DNA from: a virus
Lineage: Duplodnaviria; Caudoviricetes
Strand: one strand, 5' to 3'
IMG/VR virus record: IMGVR_UViG_3300012933_000187
Coordinates: 1 to 37,458 of that record
Length of the DNA stretch: 37,458 nt
Below are positions 7,892 to 15,445 of this stretch, in pieces (position 1 is the stretch's first letter; each line of letters begins with the position of its first letter). A program made the translations under genes and the position numbers. The notes beneath the pieces are model-generated. The model was not told where the DNA came from and searched no databases. It saw only the letters and a list, made by a program, of their open reading frames with translations.

Positions 7892-10368
7892 CACTACCAA
7901 ATCAAGTGCAACAACACCCAGCATCAGTGGACGCCTACATCCGTCATGGTTGGTCTCTTGTGCCCATCCCCATGGGTACTAAGGGTCCACGCACACCCGG
8001 CTGGAACATCCGCGAAAACGCACTGCGCTCACAGACAGACCTGCCACCCGGCTACGGTATCGGTTTGGCACACGCATACAGCGGCACGATGGCACTCGAC
8101 ATCGACAGCTGGCCCTTGGCCACCACCATGCTGCACGCTGCGGGCATCAATCTCGAAGAGCTTTACAACGCACCCGATGCGGTGGTAGTCGACTCAGGCA
8201 AACAAGGCCACGGCAAACTGCTGTACCAGATGCCCTTTGGTTTGGCCCTCCCATCGAAGAAGATTCTGCAAGGCAAGGTCACGGTCTATGAGCTGCGCTG
8301 CGCCACGGCCAACGGTCTCACTGTGCAAGATGTCCTGCCCCCATCCATTCACCCTGAGACATTGCAACCCTATCGCTGGGCAGGCAAGGGTCACTGGATG
8401 CGCTTACCCGTAGCACCACAGGCTTTGCTTGATCTGTGGCAGGGCATGCTCGATCAAGACAAGCAGCGTGTGGTCGCCACCGGCGATGCAGTTGACGCAT
8501 CATGGGAAGAGATTCGTCTAGCCCTTGAGCACGTCAGCCCCGATGTTTCCCGCGACGAGTGGGTCAACATTGGCATGGCCCTGCACTGGGCGGGCACACA
8601 GACCAACCAGCTCGATGCAGCCATGAGCTTGTGGAATGAGTGGTCAGCACAGTCACAAACCAAATACCCCGGTGAGCGCGAGATCATCACGCAGTGGGTC
8701 AGCTTCAAGACCGACAAGGCCACCGCTGTCAAACTGGGCACGCTGTTCCACATCGCACGCCGCCATGGATGGACACGCCCCGAACCCGATGTGACTGCGC
8801 TCTTTGCAGCCGTGGACACGCCACCCATGAAGCCTGTTGACGTGCATCAAGGGCTGCGCCCACCACCACCTGACATCGATCTGAGCTTGTGGCCATCGAT
8901 CTTGGCCAAGCGTGCGCAAGAGGTCAGCGATGCCGTGGGCTGCGATCCACTTGTGCCCCTGTTTGCTGGCATGTCTGCTGTCTGTGGTGTTGCCGATGCA
9001 CGCATCCGACTCGAGTTGATGGAGGGCTTCAAGGTCCCACCGATCCTGTGGCTCATGACCTTGGGCGATCCAGCTGACAAGAAGTCACCCGGCTCACGCC
9101 CCATGCTGTCAGCACTCAGGGAGATCGAAGCAGAGGATCGCCCACGCTACCAAAAAGAGTTGCTCGATTGGGAGGGCAAGGAGGCCGCCTACGCGGGGGC
9201 CAAGAAGGCGTTCCTCGACTTCGCTGCGTCACCAGAGGCCATGATGACCAACGCGGCCATGCCCACGGTCCCAGAGATGCCGCCGCAGCCAGTGCCGCTC
9301 AAGATCACGGTCTCAGACATCACGTCACAAAAACTTGTGCGCCATGCTGCCGAGCGACCACGGGGTCTGCTATGCTATCTGGACGAGATGAACTCGTGGA
9401 TCAGAAAGCTGACCGACAAAACCAGTGGGGAAGACCGCTCAACTTGGGTCGTCAGCTACGAGTCAGAATCATATGAGATGGATCGCGTTGGTGCAGGCTC
9501 GATCCATTGCGACAATTTGGCCGTCAGCATCTACGGCAACATCCAACCCACAGTCTTCCGTCAGAACCTCGCATCGTTGGCCAGTGACGGCCTGTTGCAG
9601 CGTTTCATACCTGCTGTGTTGCGCGGCAACAAGACCAAGCTAGGCAACCCCATCCCCGACTTCATGACCAGCCGTGCCCAGTGGGACCAGACGCTGCGCA
9701 TGATCTACTCGCTGCCTGCACTCACCTACAAACTCAGCCCAGAGGCATATGCCGAGTACCGCGCGTTCCAAGGGTGGTATGAGTCAGCCAAGCAGGATGA
9801 GCGGTTGCTGCAATCGTCCGATGTGTTCATGACCGCATTCGGCAAGCTCGAAGGCACTGCCGGCCGATTGATTCTCATGTTCCACATGATCGAATCGCCC
9901 TACGAAACCCATGTGTCTGTGGACGTTGTGAAGCGCGTCATTCGCTTGGTCAAGACCTACCTGATCCCTGTGTTCCGCTACGCCTTGGGCGAGGTTGTGG
10001 GCGCGTCATCGTTTGATGTCTGGGTGACCGATCACATCATCCACCACTGCGACAAGCCAACTGTGACCCTGTCCGATCTCAAGCGATCAGCACGCAGACA
10101 GATGGACGGCCAGAGCGTGTGGCAGCAGGACCAGATGGTGCTGGGTGCGATGCAGGTGCTCGAGGGTGTGGGCTGGGTCATGCGCTTGGACGATGGCACA
10201 AAAGAAAACCAGCACTATGCGCTGTGGGCTATCAACCCAGACTTGGCCACCAAATTCAAAGACCACCGCGAAGAGGTCATCAAGGCCAAGCAGCGTCAGA
10301 TGGATGAGATTTACAAACTCAGCAAGAAGGACAAGCCGAAGGTGTACGGGGTTGACGACCTAGAATGA
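7888..10368 (+). CDS. Primase-polymerase / PriCT-2 / DUF3987 helicase fusion (replication protein)
   Basis: N-terminal GWSLVPIP..TKGP...GW, ALDID and VLPPSIHP (PrimPol); RDEWVNIGMAL...WNEWS..KY (PriCT-2); GDPADKKSP, DEMNSW and DGLLQRF (DUF3987/YfjI-type). Confidence 0.88.
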   Translation: MTLPNQVQQHPASVDAYIRHGWSLVPIPMGTKGPRTPGWNIRENALRSQTDLPPGYGIGLAHAYSGTMALDIDSWPLATTMLHAAGINLEELYNAPDAVVVDSGKQGHGKLLYQMPFGLALPSKKILQGKVTVYELRCATANGLTVQDVLPPSIHPETLQPYRWAGKGHWMRLPVAPQALLDLWQGMLDQDKQRVVATGDAVDASWEEIRLALEHVSPDVSRDEWVNIGMALHWAGTQTNQLDAAMSLWNEWSAQSQTKYPGEREIITQWVSFKTDKATAVKLGTLFHIARRHGWTRPEPDVTALFAAVDTPPMKPVDVHQGLRPPPPDIDLSLWPSILAKRAQEVSDAVGCDPLVPLFAGMSAVCGVADARIRLELMEGFKVPPILWLMTLGDPADKKSPGSRPMLSALREIEAEDRPRYQKELLDWEGKEAAYAGAKKAFLDFAASPEAMMTNAAMPTVPEMPPQPVPLKITVSDITSQKLVRHAAERPRGLLCYLDEMNSWIRKLTDKTSGEDRSTWVVSYESESYEMDRVGAGSIHCDNLAVSIYGNIQPTVFRQNLASLASDGLLQRFIPAVLRGNKTKLGNPIPDFMTSRAQWDQTLRMIYSLPALTYKLSPEAYAEYRAFQGWYESAKQDERLLQSSDVFMTAFGKLEGTAGRLILMFHMIESPYETHVSVDVVKRVIRLVKTYLIPVFRYALGEVVGASSFDVWVTDHIIHHCDKPTVTLSDLKRSARRQMDGQSVWQQDQMVLGAMQVLEGVGWVMRLDDGTKENQHYALWAINPDLATKFKDHREEVIKAKQRQMDEIYKLSKKDKPKVYGVDDLE

Positions 10369-10369
10369 G

Positions 10370-10395
10370 AAAAGGGACCACATGGTCCCTTTTTT
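10370..10395. terminator. Bidirectional rho-independent terminator
   Basis: AAAAGGGACCA-CA-TGGTCCCTTTTTT between convergent genes. Confidence 0.8.
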
Positions 10396-10453
10396 AATCC
10401 AGCCACACTATGTCGAACAGTAGCATGAGCAGGGCGATATAGAACACGTCCAT
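10394..10453 (-). CDS. Putative 19-aa hydrophobic peptide MDVFYIALLMLLFDIVWLD
   Basis: ATG overlaps the upstream stop (TGATG), with GGAGG upstream; ends at the terminator. Confidence 0.4.
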   Translation of the reverse strand: MDVFYIALLMLLFDIVWLD

Positions 10454-10653
10454 CAGCTACGTGCCTCCCGTTTCAGTTTGGGCAGTGGTGCCCAGTGGGT
10501 GTAGAAGTCACCTTTGCCATGGTACTCACCATACATGGCCACACCACCCCTGCCAAGCAGCTGCACCTTGGCCCCACGGGGGCAGGTCTCAATAGGTTGC
10601 CAAAAGTAATTGTGGTCCACGGCTGCCACACCGGTGCTGTCGATCTGGGTCAC
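10453..10653 (-). CDS. Hypothetical protein (WQPIETCP / THWAPLP, DUF551-like)
   Basis: WQPIETCP...THWAPLP motifs are common in small phage proteins. Confidence 0.7.
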   Translation of the reverse strand: MTQIDSTGVAAVDHNYFWQPIETCPRGAKVQLLGRGGVAMYGEYHGKGDFYTHWAPLPKLKREARS

Positions 10654-10745
10654 AGTGGAGCCTCCTCGAAGTTGTCAGGGTTAAACCGTGGCACACGGGT
10701 GCCTTGGTCCTTGGGGTTGGGAAATGGAGGAAAGGGCCAGCTCAC
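10650..10745 (-). CDS. Putative 31-aa Pro-rich peptide MSWPFPPFPNPKDQGTRVPRFNPDNFEEAPL
   Basis: GTGA overlaps with both neighbours; fills the gap exactly. Confidence 0.55.
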   Translation of the reverse strand: MSWPFPPFPNPKDQGTRVPRFNPDNFEEAPL

Positions 10746-10966
10746 TGCATCTTCTCCTGTGCTGCGTGTGGGTCCATGTGCATCATCTGCTGGAAGTAGA
10801 TGGCGAACGATGCGCGGGTGTCGGCAGGGAAGGGCATCTGGTTTACACGGTGCATGGCCTCCTGCATGGCGCTGTTCCAGCCAGACAAAAACACGAACTT
10901 GGCCGCATCGGTGGGCTTGAGTCCGAGGTCACCGTACAGACGGTCGTAGTGGTCTAGTGCGTTCAT
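10742..10966 (-). CDS. Hypothetical protein
   Basis: AAGGAG SD before ATG 10966 (MNALDHYDRLYG...). Confidence 0.65.
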   Translation of the reverse strand: MNALDHYDRLYGDLGLKPTDAAKFVFLSGWNSAMQEAMHRVNQMPFPADTRASFAIYFQQMMHMDPHAAQEKMQ

Positions 10967-11162
10967 TTTGTACTCCTTTAAATGTACAGAGAAATTATTG
11001 ATTACATTTTTAGATTTCACGAATGGGTTTTTGAAATCTGATCGGACATCTTGACCCGCCCCCATAATTTTCAGCAGCCAGAACTTTTCGACTTTGCATT
11101 TGGCTGGGCAAATTGGTTAAGGGTAGGGGTTTTCACCTATACAAGAAAATCCGGCCAAAAGA

Positions 11163-11537
11163 TCAACCCTGAACCTCGCCCACGGGCGCGGGGGCGCGGC
11201 GGCGGCGCGGCGCGGGCTTGGCGGCCACGGGTGCAGGCTCGGCCAGCTCGGCCAGCGCGGCGCGGGTTTGCAGCAGCTGGGCGGCTTCGCGGGTGATTTT
11301 GGGCAGTGGTGGCGGCGGTAGCAGGGCGGCCGCGTGCAGGTCAGGGGCTAGGGTTTCGACGATGGCCAGCACGGCCAGCAGGCGGGCGGCCACGGCGGGC
11401 GGTGTGCGGGTCCCGTTTTGCCACTTGGTCAGGGTGTGCACGGGCACGCCGAGATAATCGGCCAATGCTTGGGTGCTCAGGTTCAGGCGCTGGGCGATGG
11501 CGGCCAGCTGGGTGGGGGTTACTTTTTCGGGTGTCAT
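11163..11537 (-). CDS. XRE-type HTH DNA-binding protein
   Basis: LNLSTQALADYLGVPVHTLTKWQNGTRTP is a classic HTH_3/XRE motif. Confidence 0.8.
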   Translation of the reverse strand: MTPEKVTPTQLAAIAQRLNLSTQALADYLGVPVHTLTKWQNGTRTPPAVAARLLAVLAIVETLAPDLHAAALLPPPPLPKITREAAQLLQTRAALAELAEPAPVAAKPAPRRRRAPAPVGEVQG

Positions 11538-11559
11538 GGGTCAGGCTTTCAGGGGGTCT

Positions 11560-11588
11560 AAAAAAGCCCCTAGGCGCGGGCCTAGGGG
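11560..11588 (-). terminator. Rho-independent terminator of the leftward early block
   Basis: Minus strand CCCCTAGGC-CCGC-GCCTAGGGG-CTTTTTT. Confidence 0.75.
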
Positions 11589-11595
11589 TGGCGGG

Positions 11596-11793
11596 TTACT
11601 CGGTCACGATGTCGCGCACGGTGGCCACGGCGGCCGCTGGGTCCGGTGGCCGGTCCACGGCGCGGGCTATGCGGTCGAGTTGGTCACGGCGCAGGCTTAG
11701 GCGGTCGGCCATTATTCGCAGGTGGTGGCCTTCGCAGGCGTCAGCGGCGCGGATCAGCTCGGCGTCAGTTAGGCGGGCGTCAAAATAGGCCAT
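11596..11793 (-). CDS. Hypothetical protein
   Basis: 65 aa, in a tightly coupled leftward string. Confidence 0.6.
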   Translation of the reverse strand: MAYFDARLTDAELIRAADACEGHHLRIMADRLSLRRDQLDRIARAVDRPPDPAAAVATVRDIVTE

Positions 11794-11972
11794 CAGGTGC
11801 GGGCCTCAGCTCGGCCGCGCTCGATCAGGGCGCGGGCGTCCGCGATGTCGCGGGGGTGTTCGCTCGATAGCATGGCCCGCAGGACCTCGGCGCGGGCGCG
11901 TGCGGCGTCCACGGTCTCGGCCTTCTCATATCGGCGGCCAGCTTCAATGTAGGCGTGCTCGGTGTGGTTCAT
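11793..11972 (-). CDS. Hypothetical protein (59 aa, MNHTEHAYIEAGRRYEKA...; not in ORF track)
   Basis: ATGA/TGATG overlaps with both neighbours; GAGGTG SD. Confidence 0.65.
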   Translation of the reverse strand: MNHTEHAYIEAGRRYEKAETVDAARARAEVLRAMLSSEHPRDIADARALIERGRAEART

Positions 11973-12142
11973 TGGGTCACCTCGCGCACGGTCTCAATTG
12001 TCCAGTCGTCATTGTCTTGCGCGGGGGTGAAGTCGCCCCCGTCCATGTCATGGGCTAGGCGCTCGGCCTCTTCTTGGGTCTCAGCCTCAATTTCGGCGGT
12101 ACAGTAGCTCACATAGGATGCGGTAATTTTGAATTTTTTCAC
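11969..12142 (-). CDS. Small acidic protein, DpnD/PcfM-like (57 aa; not in ORF track)
   Basis: GTG start; MKKFKITASYVSYCTAEIEAETQEEAERLA contains the EIEAxxxEEA motif; overlaps both neighbours by 4 nt. Confidence 0.6.
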   Translation of the reverse strand: MKKFKITASYVSYCTAEIEAETQEEAERLAHDMDGGDFTPAQDNDDWTIETVREVTQ

Positions 12143-12381
12143 AGTGTGCCCCCTTCTATGTCGAATAGGTCAAAATCTTGGCCAATGATGGCCAGCGCTT
12201 CATCAGCGGCACCCGCGCGGCGGCGCTCGGACATGCCTTTGATCTCTTCAAGGGTGGCCACGGCCAACCCTAGGGCACGTTGTAGCGCGTCGATGCGTGC
12301 GATCAGGGCGGCGCGGTCAGTGTCGCCTGCAATATAGGCTAGGCGCTCGGCTTCGGTGGTGGTCAGGGTTTGGTGTGTCAT
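12139..12381 (-). CDS. Hypothetical protein
   Basis: 80 aa, coupled string. Confidence 0.6.
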   Translation of the reverse strand: MTHQTLTTTEAERLAYIAGDTDRAALIARIDALQRALGLAVATLEEIKGMSERRRAGAADEALAIIGQDFDLFDIEGGTL

Positions 12382-12385
12382 GGTG

Positions 12386-13072
12386 TCAGGCTTTCAAAAT
12401 TGGAATTACTCGGCGGGCTTTGGCGTCAGTCACGCGGGCGCGGCTCCCATGGGCACGGAATCCGATAATTACGCCACGGTCAGCGCGGGCGCATAGTCCG
12501 CAGGTCGCGCAGGTCACCCCCTCCCGAGTTTGGGCAGGGCAGACAATGATTGTCCGGCCCGCTGGGGTGTAGCTTTTCTCGGGGGTGTCCATGGGCACGA
12601 TGGCGGCCACGGGTCCACAATCGGCCTCGGCCAGCGTGTCGGCCTCGCCTGCATCATCAGCGCTCAGGTTCACAGTAAACCCCCAGCGGGTGGCGTGCGC
12701 CGCCCACGTCAGGGCCTCGGCGCTCTTTTTGTGGGTGTACGTGAACCCACGGCGGCCAATATTCGCGGCCACTATTTCACCCAGCGCGGCCGCGTCGACG
12801 GTCTCCCCCTCGCCCATTAGATCCCCTGCGACGTTATGCCGCCACAGTTGACCCTCGGGCAGCGCGGCCACGGCGTCGCACAGTGCGGCCAGATCCCCGC
12901 CTCGCTGGGTTACTTTGTCCCACGTCATGCGGGTGTAGTAGTCCTCGGCATAGCAGTCGGCGCGGTAATGTGGGCAGCTGGGCGGGCAGGTTTCCCGCTC
13001 ACTGTATGTAACGGGAATCGGGCCGGTTTTGCTGTTGGCCGAGATTTTGACGAAGTGATAACGGGCACTCAT
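12386..13072 (-). CDS. Cys-rich protein resembling GP88-like / radical-SAM-fold phage proteins
   Basis: NSKTG, TCPPSCP-x4-CYA, RHNVAGD, FTYTH, VNLSAD and C-terminal CPAQ...TCATCGLC. Confidence 0.65.
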   Translation of the reverse strand: MSARYHFVKISANSKTGPIPVTYSERETCPPSCPHYRADCYAEDYYTRMTWDKVTQRGGDLAALCDAVAALPEGQLWRHNVAGDLMGEGETVDAAALGEIVAANIGRRGFTYTHKKSAEALTWAAHATRWGFTVNLSADDAGEADTLAEADCGPVAAIVPMDTPEKSYTPAGRTIIVCPAQTREGVTCATCGLCARADRGVIIGFRAHGSRARVTDAKARRVIPILKA

Positions 13073-13341
13073 GCGAAACGCCCCCTAGAAATATCCTCGG
13101 CGCGGTCGGCGTCGAAATATAGGCCACGGATCATAAGATTTTCGGCCCCGAATAGTTTAGAAGCTCCACAGTGTGGGCAGTCGTCGCGCTCGGCGTCAGG
13201 CTCGACGCCCTCGACGGTCTCCCCGCAGCTCAGGCAAAATCCGGCGGTGTTCTCCCCCTCGATGATTTCAGTCAGCAGGGCGTCACTCGGCATAAGTTGA
13301 ATGTGGCCGCTCTTGGCGCGGTATTGTTTGACGTGGTCCAT
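13069..13341 (-). CDS. Zn-ribbon protein
   Basis: GFCLSCG...VEPDA....CPHCG; GGAGG SD before ATG 13341. Confidence 0.7.
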   Translation of the reverse strand: MDHVKQYRAKSGHIQLMPSDALLTEIIEGENTAGFCLSCGETVEGVEPDAERDDCPHCGASKLFGAENLMIRGLYFDADRAEDISRGRFA

Positions 13342-13345
13342 GGTT

Positions 13346-13633
13346 TTAGCCTCCAATGTGTGAAACGATCAGGCGGCCAGCAGGCACGCCGGTGCGGGAA
13401 ACGATAGCGGCGGCCACTGGGTCGACGTTCAAACCCTCGGCCACTTTGCACGCGTCGATTGTGCGAAGCCAGCCGAAGCCGGACCAGCGGCCATTAGATT
13501 GACGGCTCACCTCGCACCAGTTCTCACCCCATAGCAGGCGAATTTCAGAATGCCCACGGGCGGCGCTCAGTTTTGCGGCCTTGATGCACTGGGCCAGCGA
13601 TGGGCGGCGGCCAGTAAAATTGATTTCGTCCAT
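13346..13633 (-). CDS. Hypothetical protein
   Basis: 95 aa, TAATG-coupled. Confidence 0.6.
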   Translation of the reverse strand: MDEINFTGRRPSLAQCIKAAKLSAARGHSEIRLLWGENWCEVSRQSNGRWSGFGWLRTIDACKVAEGLNVDPVAAAIVSRTGVPAGRLIVSHIGG

Positions 13634-13932
13634 TATTTTGCCCCCTTGCGTGCACCGATGCGCACCACTGAATAGGGCATGCCGGTCTCGGTAAACTCAC
13701 CGATCAGGGCCTCAGTCGCGCCTAGGTGCTCGGCCAGCGCTCGCCAGTTGATCAGCTCACGGCCCACGCAGTGGCTCACAGTGGCGCGGAATAGCTCCCC
13801 GCTAATCTCAGGCTCACCGGTCAGGATTAAATCAGCCTTTAGGCTCTTTTCTAGGTTTTCAAGCTCGGCCAGCTCGGCCTTTAGGTGGCCTAGGCGGTCG
13901 ACGATCTGGGCGGGTGTGAATTCGTGTTTCAT
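13633..13932 (-). CDS. Hypothetical protein with N-terminal coiled coil
   Basis: VDRLGHLKAELAELENLEKSLKADL; GAGGA SD. Confidence 0.7.
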   Translation of the reverse strand: MKHEFTPAQIVDRLGHLKAELAELENLEKSLKADLILTGEPEISGELFRATVSHCVGRELINWRALAEHLGATEALIGEFTETGMPYSVVRIGARKGAK

Positions 13933-13977
13933 GGTTTCCTCTTTTACGGTTACGGGTTACAGGGTCAGGGGATGGGG

Positions 13978-14130
13978 TCAGGCGGGCACGAAAAGCACGC
14001 CGAAATAATGCAGCAGCAGCACGGCCAAAATGGCCCCGAGTATCGCGCCTGCGAAATACTCATAAAAGCCGGTTTTAAATGGCAGTGGCTCGGGGGTGTA
14101 GTTTTCGCGGTGTGGGTTTTTGTCGTGCAT
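13978..14130 (-). CDS. Small membrane protein (50 aa; not in ORF track)
   Basis: MHDKNPHRENY...FAGAILGAILAVLLLHYFGVLFVPA; AAGGAG SD. Confidence 0.6.
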   Translation of the reverse strand: MHDKNPHRENYTPEPLPFKTGFYEYFAGAILGAILAVLLLHYFGVLFVPA

Positions 14131-14133
14131 GGT

Positions 14134-14385
14134 TTAGGCTCCTTGAATTTTGTCAGCTTGATTGATCAGCCAGTCGGTATCAGATACGGGAAAATCCGAG
14201 CAATCGATCTCACCCAGCACATAGTGCGGCGGGTTTTTCTCATTGTGCAGCTCGGCCACGTCGAATTGGCGGCCATACATCAGGACAATTTGAGCGCGGG
14301 CGATAACTGCATTTGCAGCAGTGGCGCGGGCGTGCTCTATGCGGCCGGTGCTTTTGTTTTTTAGGGTGTATTCGTATTGGTTCAC
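14134..14385 (-). CDS. Hypothetical protein
   Basis: 83 aa, GTG start. Confidence 0.55.
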   Translation of the reverse strand: MNQYEYTLKNKSTGRIEHARATAANAVIARAQIVLMYGRQFDVAELHNEKNPPHYVLGEIDCSDFPVSDTDWLINQADKIQGA

Positions 14386-14395
14386 GGTGCGGCCC

Positions 14396-14584
14396 TCATG
14401 CGATGAATTCAGGGTGTGCGGTGCAGCTCAGGCGCTGGGCTGCAGCTCTCAGGGCCTCAGCGCTTCGCGTGGTGCGTGCGGCGCGGATCATGGCAGACAA
14501 TGCGCGGGCCACAAAATCAACGCCTAAGCCTGCAGCGTGCATGGCTTCGATGCGGGCCAGCTCTCGGGTTTCTGATTTGTTCAT
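14396..14584 (-). CDS. Hypothetical protein (first gene of the leftward early block)
   Basis: 62 aa, GAGGT SD, downstream of a promoter-like element. Confidence 0.65.
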   Translation of the reverse strand: MNKSETRELARIEAMHAAGLGVDFVARALSAMIRAARTTRSAEALRAAAQRLSCTAHPEFIA

Positions 14585-14640
14585 TGGGTTACCTCTTTAC
14601 AGTTACGGGTTACAGGGTTGCCGGTTTTGGCCGGTGTGAC

Positions 14641-14671
14641 ATTATAGGCACAATAAAACCCAATGGGTCAA
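14641..14671 (-). promoter_or_regulatory. Leftward early promoter overlapped by an ACCCAATGGGT palindrome
   Basis: Minus-strand TTGACC (14671-14666) and TATAAT (14646-14641). Confidence 0.55.
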
Positions 14672-15376
14672 CAACTATTTTTAATAACCCTCTAACCCAA
14701 TGGGTTATTGTATAAAACCCAATGGGTCACGGTTTCACGGGTGCAGGCTTGGGGGTGTGACAATGTGACTGGGGAGGGGGGTATAGGGTGCAGGATTTTC
14801 GGTTTTCTTGTGCTCTTTTGAAAGTGTCGAAAATAACCCCCTCCCGCGCGGAGTCACATTGTCACACCCTCCCGCGCTTTTCGGCCACTTTTGACCCATT
14901 GGGTCACGGTTTCAGGGTTTCGGCGCTCTATTTGACCCAATGGGTCAGGAATCAGGGCACCCAATGGGTCAGGGTGGCCGGTTTGCCCGCTCGGGTTTCT
15001 GTCACATTGTCACAGGGTGCATTTTCCCCATTGTCACATTGTCACGGCCACAATTTGACCCAATGGGTCACGGCCACAGGGCACCGGCTAACCCGCTGGG
15101 TCGATGCTAACCCAATGGGTCGCGGGTGCTGGGTGGCCGTGGTGCAGGTGTGGCCGGTGGCCGTGGTCCCGTGGTGCAGTGAATCAGGCGCGGCCGGTGT
15201 GGCCGTGGTGCTCGGCTCCCGTGGCGCGTGCCCTATCTGGGCGGCCGCGCCTTCTGGTGGCCGGCAAAGCAAGGACCGTGCCAAGGGGTGGGGGGACCCC
15301 AAGCGCGGCGGCGAGCAATGTCTGGGGTGGTCACCCGGCAACCGTGAATAAAAATTCAAATGAAAACCCATTGGGT
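14658..15376. repeat. Array of 11-bp palindromes ACCCAWTGGGT (9 exact plus 1 variant)
   Basis: Copies start at 14658, 14695, 14717, 14894, 14935, 14959, 15058, 15110 and 15366; variant ACCCGCTGGGT at 15091. Confidence 0.92.
14753..15045. repeat. GTCACATTGTCAC iteron-like repeats including an 18-bp inverted repeat
   Basis: GGGTGTGACAATGTGACT (14753-14770) / AGTCACATTGTCACACCC (14852-14869); further direct copies at 15001 and 15033. Confidence 0.88.
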
Positions 15377-15445
15377 TACAGGGCTACACGGCCCCATGGC
15401 AGCCCTGTTGCTAAAAATTTTAAAAATTTGTGATACATTTCAGCC

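Noticed and set aside
11163-11537. Lysogeny module around the XRE HTH gene
   Set aside because: No integrase, excisionase, ParA or peptidase S24 domain seen; an HTH alone does not show a temperate lifestyle.
14658-15376. CRISPR array
   Set aside because: Repeats are only 11-15 bp with irregular spacing (about 10-250 bp). The Cas4-like DUF2800 gene is a standard phage replication nuclease, not part of a cas operon.
14788-15433. ORFs 14788..15351, 15042..15371 and 15104..15433
   Set aside because: Translations merely echo the DNA repeats (LTQWV); no SD; GC-rich repeat DNA has few stops.
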